From Lachnospiraceae bacterium (lineage in GTDB: Bacteria > Bacillota > Clostridia > Lachnospirales > Lachnospiraceae), in contig JBHBQE010000021.1 in NCBI GenBank assembly GCA_041776485.1, positions 27,896-91,895 of the forward strand: a stretch of 64,000 bases of DNA, written 5' to 3'. Below the pieces are notes generated by a model. It did no database searches. It saw nothing but the letters and a program-made list of their open reading frames with translations, and was not told where the DNA came from. Of this stretch, positions 57,885-64,000 are shown one piece after another. The translations under genes were made by a program, and so were the position numbers. The stretch's first letter is position 1; each line of letters begins with the position of its first letter.

Positions 57885-60800
57885 TGAGCTTTGTTCATCT
57901 GCATACCCATACTCAATATAGCCTGCTGGACGGTTCCAACCGTATTAGTGAGTATGTAAAGTGTGTTAAAAATATGGGAATGAATGCTGCCGCCATAACG
58001 GATCATGGGGCAATGTTCGGTGTAATTGAATTTTATAAAGAGGCAAAAAAAGCGGGTATTAACCCGGTAATAGGCTGTGAGGTATATGTATCTCCCGGTT
58101 CAAGATTTGACAGGGAAAAAGCCGTCGGTGAGGATAAATATTATCACTTAATACTTTTGGCGGAAAATAACGAGGGATATGATAATCTTAAAAATATAGT
58201 TTCCATTGGATATATAGATGGATTTTATTATCGACCCAGGGTGGATTATGAAACCTTAGAGAAATACAGAGAGGGAATTATTTGCCTTTCAGCCTGTTTG
58301 GCAGGACAGGTTCCAAGACTTTTAGCTGAGGGAAATTATGATGAAGCAAAGAAAGTTGCTTTAAAATACAGGGATTGTTTTGGAAAAGACAATTATTTTC
58401 TGGAAATGCAGGATCATGGTATTCCTATGCAGCAAAATGTTAACACGTACTTAATGAAGTTAAGTAAGGAAACAGGTATTCCTCTGGTAGTTACCAACGA
58501 TTGTCATTATACCTACGCAGGAGACGCAGAAAGTCATGATGTATTGCTTTGTATACAAACAGGCAAGGTAATAAGTGATGAGAATAGAATGAGGTATGAG
58601 GGCGGACAGTTTTATGTTAAAAGTCAGGAGGAAATGAGTGCACTTTTCCCCTTTGCCAAGGACGCTCTTTATAATACGCAGAAGATTGCTGACAGATGTC
58701 ATGTGGAAATAGAGTTTGGAAATAGAAAGCTTCCTAAATTCCAAGTGCCTGAGGGCTATGATTCTGCCTCCTACCTTAGAAAGATATGTGAAGAGGGTCT
58801 TAGAAAAAGATATGAGGATAAACGGGATAAGGATTGGGAAGAAATTAAATCTAAGCTTGATTTTGAACTAGAAACTATCAATTCTATGGGGTTCAACGAT
58901 TATTTTCTGATTGTTTGGGACTTTATTAATTATGCCAAAACAAAGGATATTCCTGTGGGACCGGGGCGTGGCTCTGCAGCAGGCAGTCTGGTGGCATACT
59001 CTACAGGAATTACAGATATAGACCCGGAAAGATTTAGCTTACTGTTTGAAAGATTTTTAAACCCGGAGCGTGTTTCCATGCCGGACATAGATATAGATTT
59101 TTGCATTAACAGACGCGGAATGATAATTGACTATGTAGTGAATAAATATGGCAAAGACTGCGTATCCCAGATAATTACCATGGGTACCCTAAAGGCAAGA
59201 AATGCTATCAGGGATGTGGGGCGAGCTATGGATATGCCCTATGCCTTTGTATCGAATATCGCCAATATGATTCCTAAGGAATTAAACATTACCATTAAAA
59301 AGGCATTGGAGAAAAATCCGGATTTTAATAAGCTTTATAGGGAAAATGATGATATACATAAGCTTATAGATACTGCACTGCAGCTTGAGGGGCTGCCAAG
59401 GAATGCAGGCACTCATGCTGCCGGCGTGGTTATTACACAAAATCCTATAGTGGAATATGTACCATTGGCTAGAGTAGGGGATAAAAAGGGTGATGAAAGG
59501 GCATTGGTAACCCAATTTGAAAAGGATACAGTTGAGGAATTGGGATTGCTTAAAATGGACTTTTTAGGTCTTAGGAACCTCACTATTATTGATGACACCA
59601 GGAAAATAATACAAAAAACAACCGGAGAGGATATAGATTTACTTAATATTCCTGAGAATGATGATGCAGTATTTACACTTATATCCAGCGGGAAGACAGA
59701 GGGGGTATTCCAGTTGGAAAGTCCAGGAATGATGAACTTTATGAAGGAGCTTCGTCCGGAAAGTATAGAGGATATTATTGCAGGAATTGCTTTGTACCGT
59801 CCCGGCCCCATGCAGTTTATCCCCCAGTATATAAGAGGTAAGAGGGATAAAAGCAAGATTATATACGAGTGCAGTCGGTTGGAGCCTATCCTTTCTGCCA
59901 CCTATGGCTGTATAGTATATCAGGAACAGGTTATGCAGATAGTTAGGGATTTGGCAGGCTATTCTCTAGGGAGAAGCGATATACTGAGGCGTGCCATGTC
60001 TAAGAAAAAGGCAGATGTAATGGCAAGGGAAAGGGATATATTTGTTAATGGGGATCCTGATACCGGAGTCATTGGCTGTGTTAACAATGGAATAAGTAAG
60101 GAAATTGCCAACAGTATATTTGATAAAATGCTGGACTTTGCAGAATATGCCTTTAACAAATCTCATGCTGCAAGCTATGCAATGATAACCTACCAGACAG
60201 CCTATCTTAAGCTGTATTATCCACTGGAATTTTTTGCCGCATTGTTGACTTCAGTGCTTAACAATACGGAGGATGTGGCGAAATATATAGCCTGTGCAAG
60301 GGATATGAATATTAAAATTATGCCGCCGGATATTAATTCCTCAGAGGGATCTTTTACGGTTAAAAATGGCTGTATTTATTACGGAATGTATGCAGTTAAA
60401 AGTGTTGGCGCCTCTGTAATTGACTCTATTATCACTGATAGGACAGCAAATGGAAGCTTTAAAAGCCTGGATGATTTTATAGAGCGAATACTGCGCCTAA
60501 AGAAAAACGGTGAAAGCGGCAAAATCACTGGAGTAGTCAATAAAAGGTCAATTGAGGCTTTGATTTTGGCTGGAGCATTGGATTGCTTAGAGGGAAATAG
60601 ACGACAAAAGATTTTAATTTATGAAAAGCTTATGGACTCTGTTTCCAAAAGAATAAAGGATGATATTTCAGGACAGATTTCGTTGTTCGATTTTGCAAAG
60701 GATACAAAGGCATTAAGTATTCCGATGCCAAATGTTAAAGAGTTTGACAAGCAGGAGCTTTTAAAAAATGAAAAAAAAGTTATGGGGATATATGTAAGCG

Positions 60801-61408
60801 GACACCCCCTGGATGAATATAGAAATATTATTAAAAGCAAGGTGACTGCCACTAGTGATATGTTTAAGGATAGAGGGCTTGAGGACAGCGCTGAGGAAAC
60901 TATAGAGGAAATGAATTTCCTTAGTGAAAGAGCCGTTTATACCATTGGCGGTATAATTAATGCAGTAAATATTAAATATACTAAAAATAACCAGCCTATG
61001 GCATTTTTAACCCTTGAGGACTTAAATGGATCGGTGGAGGTAATTGTATTTCCTAATGCCTATGAAAAATGCAGGGAACTGCTGGAGGTAGACAGAAAGG
61101 TATTGATTTCCGGGCATGCCGATATAGAAGCGGATAGAGACAGCAAGCTTATTTGTGAAAATATGGCGGATTTTGATAATCTGCCCGGGAAGCTGTGGAT
61201 ACAATTTCCGGACAGCAAATCCTTTGCGGATAATAAAGAGGATCTGATTCGTCAGCTTAAAGGGTATCCGGGTTTGGATACAGTGATAATTTATATAGGA
61301 GATACAAAAACCAGAAAAAAAATGGGATTTACGATAAAGGCAGATGAATACCTGGTTAAAAATTTGTCTAATCAATATGGGAATGAAAATGTGAAATTGG
61401 TTAAATGA
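57884..61408 (+). CDS. dnaE: DNA polymerase III alpha subunit (DnaE type)
   Basis: PHP domain FVHLHTHTQYSLLDG. Polymerase core GPGRGSAAGSLVAY and PDIDIDF. OB-fold near the C-terminus. 1174 aa. Confidence 0.95.
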   Translation: MSFVHLHTHTQYSLLDGSNRISEYVKCVKNMGMNAAAITDHGAMFGVIEFYKEAKKAGINPVIGCEVYVSPGSRFDREKAVGEDKYYHLILLAENNEGYDNLKNIVSIGYIDGFYYRPRVDYETLEKYREGIICLSACLAGQVPRLLAEGNYDEAKKVALKYRDCFGKDNYFLEMQDHGIPMQQNVNTYLMKLSKETGIPLVVTNDCHYTYAGDAESHDVLLCIQTGKVISDENRMRYEGGQFYVKSQEEMSALFPFAKDALYNTQKIADRCHVEIEFGNRKLPKFQVPEGYDSASYLRKICEEGLRKRYEDKRDKDWEEIKSKLDFELETINSMGFNDYFLIVWDFINYAKTKDIPVGPGRGSAAGSLVAYSTGITDIDPERFSLLFERFLNPERVSMPDIDIDFCINRRGMIIDYVVNKYGKDCVSQIITMGTLKARNAIRDVGRAMDMPYAFVSNIANMIPKELNITIKKALEKNPDFNKLYRENDDIHKLIDTALQLEGLPRNAGTHAAGVVITQNPIVEYVPLARVGDKKGDERALVTQFEKDTVEELGLLKMDFLGLRNLTIIDDTRKIIQKTTGEDIDLLNIPENDDAVFTLISSGKTEGVFQLESPGMMNFMKELRPESIEDIIAGIALYRPGPMQFIPQYIRGKRDKSKIIYECSRLEPILSATYGCIVYQEQVMQIVRDLAGYSLGRSDILRRAMSKKKADVMARERDIFVNGDPDTGVIGCVNNGISKEIANSIFDKMLDFAEYAFNKSHAASYAMITYQTAYLKLYYPLEFFAALLTSVLNNTEDVAKYIACARDMNIKIMPPDINSSEGSFTVKNGCIYYGMYAVKSVGASVIDSIITDRTANGSFKSLDDFIERILRLKKNGESGKITGVVNKRSIEALILAGALDCLEGNRRQKILIYEKLMDSVSKRIKDDISGQISLFDFAKDTKALSIPMPNVKEFDKQELLKNEKKVMGIYVSGHPLDEYRNIIKSKVTATSDMFKDRGLEDSAEETIEEMNFLSERAVYTIGGIINAVNIKYTKNNQPMAFLTLEDLNGSVEVIVFPNAYEKCRELLEVDRKVLISGHADIEADRDSKLICENMADFDNLPGKLWIQFPDSKSFADNKEDLIRQLKGYPGLDTVIIYIGDTKTRKKMGFTIKADEYLVKNLSNQYGNENVKLVK

Positions 61409-61409
61409 T

Positions 61410-63389
61410 ATGGATAAAATTAAAGAAATAGAAAAGTTAATTCTAGAATTAAATAATGCCTCGGATAACTATTATAATGGCATAGAGTCTATGTCAAATA
61501 TTGAATGGGATGAAAAATTTGACAGACTTAAGCAGCTTGAGGCGTCTGCCGGTATTGTACCGGAAAATTCACCCACTAAGAATGTGGGATATGAGTCTAA
61601 GGCAGGAAGCAGAGTGATATTGGAATATCCAGCCAAATCTTTGGATAAAACCAAAGATATCAACACCATGCTTTCTAAAATGCAGGGTGAAAAGGATTTG
61701 ATTTTAATGTGGAAGCTGGACGGAGGTACGTTGCAGTTAACTTATAATAGAGGAAAATTATTACAGGTTGCCACCAGGGGGAATGGTGAGGTGGGGCAAA
61801 ATATTACAGCTAATTCCAAAGCAATAAAGGGAATCCCTCAGGAAATAGAGTATAAGGGGAAATTAGTGTTGCGGGGTGAGGCTGTTATGAGCTACGAAGA
61901 CTTTTATGGCATAAATGATACCCTGCCTGATGAGGAAAGATATGCCAATCCCAGAAATCTGGCAAATGCAACTATTTCCATGTTGGACATTGATGAAGTA
62001 AGGGGCAGAAATATATGTGTAAAGATTTTTTCTCTGGTGTATATAGATGATAATATAGATTTATTTGATAAAAGGATGAATTGGCTCAAAGAACAGGGCT
62101 TTAATACTGTGGAATGGGAGCATGTTACAGAGGCAGATTTAAAAGATAAAATCGAAAACTGGACTAAGAGGGTAAGGGAATTTTCCTATCCTGTGGATGG
62201 TCTTGTGATTGCCTCAAATAATATTGGCAAAGCGGAAACCCTGGCAGGAACGGAACATCATCCTAATCCCCTGGCAGGCTTTGCTTTCAAATGGAGGGAT
62301 AAGGAAGCAAAAACTGTGCTTAGAGAAATAGAATGGTCAGCCAGCCGAACCGGACTTCTTAATCCCATTGCAGTTTTTGATACTGTGGAATTAGAAGGAA
62401 CCAAGGTCAGCCGAGCCTCACTTCATAATTTTTCTTATGTATTGGATAAGCATCTTCGTATAGGTGATGAAATTACTGTATATAAGGCAAATATGATTAT
62501 TCCTCAGGTGAGGGATAACCTATCGGAAAATATTTCCAAGTTTTCCAAGGCGGAGATAGAGGAAATGACACCGGTTTGTCCGGTATGCCGCCAAAGGGGG
62601 AGCCTGTATGAAATAAACGGAATTTTTACTATGCGCTGTGACAACAGCAGTTGCGCCGCAAAGATGATAGGAAAATTTGTTCATTTTTGCAGCAGGAACT
62701 CTATGGATATAGAGGGGTTGTCTGAGGCAACCATTACAAAGTTTATCAAGCTTGGATTTATTTTAAACTTTTCAGATTTATATAAATTAGACAGGCATAG
62801 GGAAAATATTATTGCTATGGAAGGATTTGGAGAGAAGTCCTTTGATAATCTGCAAAGAGCTATTAATAACAGCAAAACTAAAGACGTTGTTTCCTTTTTA
62901 ACGGCGATAGGTATCCCGGGTGTGGGAAGGGGTCAGGCAAAATTAATTGCCGCCCATTTTAACGGCAGGGCAGAGGAAATAATTAAAGAAATATTTAATA
63001 AAACAGAGGCTGCCTATGACTTTACTGTTATTGACGGGATAGGAGAGGTGATTAATGCTAATATTCACAGGTTTAATGGGGATATTCTGGGTAATGTACT
63101 TGATTATCTATCATTAGGGGATATTAAGACTGCCACAAACACCTCATCTGCTATTGGAGGAAAGGTTTTTGTAATAACAGGAAGTCTTAAGGGATATGAA
63201 AATCGTAATGTACTTAAAGAGTATATAGAGTCAATGGGAGGCAAGGTGACCGGCTCTGTAACAGGTAAAACAGATTATTTAATAAATAATAATATTAATT
63301 CCGCCTCGGGTAAAAATAAAACTGCAAAGGAGCTGAATATTCCTATAATAACAGAGGATGGCTTTAATAAATTAGCGGGTAAGGTTTGA
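61410..63389 (+). CDS. ligA: NAD-dependent DNA ligase
   Basis: Adenylation motif WKLDG. Zn finger CPVCRQRG...CDNSSC. HhH region GIPGVGRGQA. BRCT GKVFVITGSL. Confidence 0.95.
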   Translation: MDKIKEIEKLILELNNASDNYYNGIESMSNIEWDEKFDRLKQLEASAGIVPENSPTKNVGYESKAGSRVILEYPAKSLDKTKDINTMLSKMQGEKDLILMWKLDGGTLQLTYNRGKLLQVATRGNGEVGQNITANSKAIKGIPQEIEYKGKLVLRGEAVMSYEDFYGINDTLPDEERYANPRNLANATISMLDIDEVRGRNICVKIFSLVYIDDNIDLFDKRMNWLKEQGFNTVEWEHVTEADLKDKIENWTKRVREFSYPVDGLVIASNNIGKAETLAGTEHHPNPLAGFAFKWRDKEAKTVLREIEWSASRTGLLNPIAVFDTVELEGTKVSRASLHNFSYVLDKHLRIGDEITVYKANMIIPQVRDNLSENISKFSKAEIEEMTPVCPVCRQRGSLYEINGIFTMRCDNSSCAAKMIGKFVHFCSRNSMDIEGLSEATITKFIKLGFILNFSDLYKLDRHRENIIAMEGFGEKSFDNLQRAINNSKTKDVVSFLTAIGIPGVGRGQAKLIAAHFNGRAEEIIKEIFNKTEAAYDFTVIDGIGEVINANIHRFNGDILGNVLDYLSLGDIKTATNTSSAIGGKVFVITGSLKGYENRNVLKEYIESMGGKVTGSVTGKTDYLINNNINSASGKNKTAKELNIPIITEDGFNKLAGKV

Positions 63390-63390
63390 A

Positions 63391-63789
63391 TTGAAAGATA
63401 AGGGGAAAGAGAAGAAACTAAATTATAATTTAATTTTTATATTTGTTGTTGTTTTAATTGGATTGATAATTGGAGCAATATATTTTTTAACTTCTAAAAC
63501 AGGAGGGAAAGTACGGGTATCCGTTGATGGAGAGCTCTATGGAACCTATTCTCTTACAGAAAATAGAATCGTAGAAATCAAAAGTGCCTATGGTGATAAT
63601 ACCCTTGAAATTCGTGATGGAAAGGCAAATATGTGCAGCGGTAACTGTCCTGACGGTCTTTGCGTGAGAATGAGAGCTATTGATAAAAACGGGCAGTCTA
63701 TAATATGTTTGCCCAATAAAGTAGTGGTGGATGTAATCAGCGATGAGGAAACCTCTATTGATGGTCAAACAGGGGGTGGCTATGAATAA
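63391..63789 (+). CDS. NusG domain II-containing membrane-anchored protein
   Basis: N-terminal TM, then VSVDGELYGTYSL...NTLEIRDGKANMCSGNCPDGLCV...IICLPNKVVV, typical of the NusG_II family. TTG start. Confidence 0.75.
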   Translation: MKDKGKEKKLNYNLIFIFVVVLIGLIIGAIYFLTSKTGGKVRVSVDGELYGTYSLTENRIVEIKSAYGDNTLEIRDGKANMCSGNCPDGLCVRMRAIDKNGQSIICLPNKVVVDVISDEETSIDGQTGGGYE

Positions 63790-64000
63790 ATCAAAGGTTC
63801 TGGCTGAACTTGGGATTTTAACTGCCATTGCATTGGTTTTAAGCTTTGTTGAATCTCAAATCCCTGCTTTTTTCCCGATACCGGGGATAAAGCTTGGTCT
63901 AACTAATATCGTAGTTATAATAGCGCTTTATGATATTGATAATAAAGGGGCAGCTTTTATTAATTTTATGAGGATTATCCTGGTTTCAATGGTGGCAGGA
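63782..64000 (+). CDS. Gx transporter family protein (heptaprenyl diphosphate synthase component I-like); 3' end outside the window
   Basis: My own translation from ATG 63782: MNKSKVLAELGILTAIALVLSFVESQIPAFFPIPGIKLGLTNIVVIIAL... It is open to the window end. The ATG overlaps the upstream stop. This family is the usual partner of NusG_II genes. Confidence 0.7.
   Translation, partial: MNKSKVLAELGILTAIALVLSFVESQIPAFFPIPGIKLGLTNIVVIIALYDIDNKGAAFINFMRIILVSMVAG

Overview
64-kb chromosomal window from a low-GC Firmicute (Clostridia; gene content and order look Lachnospiraceae-like, judged by eye). About 62 densely packed protein genes. I recognised no rRNA, tRNA, CRISPR array, transposase or integrase. 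Most of the window is core metabolism and maintenance. This includes class A PBP, VanW and L,D-transpeptidase cell-wall genes; metY plus three aminotransferases; ecfA1-ecfA2-ecfT-truA; typA; recJ; the conserved block nusB-xseA-xseB-ispA-dxs-tlyA-nadK-recN; thrH-gpmA; pyrC-pyrF-pyrK-pyrD-pyrE; and pta-mnmA-dnaE-ligA. The only stretch that looks accessory is about 43.3-47.4 kb. It holds a DUF5688-like gene, a translationally coupled XRE-HTH gene plus an sce7726-like PD-(D/E)xK nuclease-fold gene, and a poorly signalled 187-aa gene followed by a 79-aa membrane protein. It ends at an 11-bp perfect inverted repeat. Main signals worth follow-up: (1) both methyl-accepting chemotaxis genes carry an 11-nt G or C homopolymer just upstream of their first TM helix, and one of them currently separates the gene from its start codon; (2) a 79-81-bp tandem repeat (about 3.3 copies) between metY and an aminotransferase, whose hairpins are kept by paired base changes between copies; (3) the XRE/sce7726-like cassette as a candidate uncharacterised conflict module; (4) a GH2-fold protein fused onto the end of the recN block in which both catalytic glutamates appear replaced by glycine. 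All family calls come from motif recognition by eye on the supplied translations. Start codons were refined only where an RBS or overlap argument was visible. No database search, folding or GC calculation was run.
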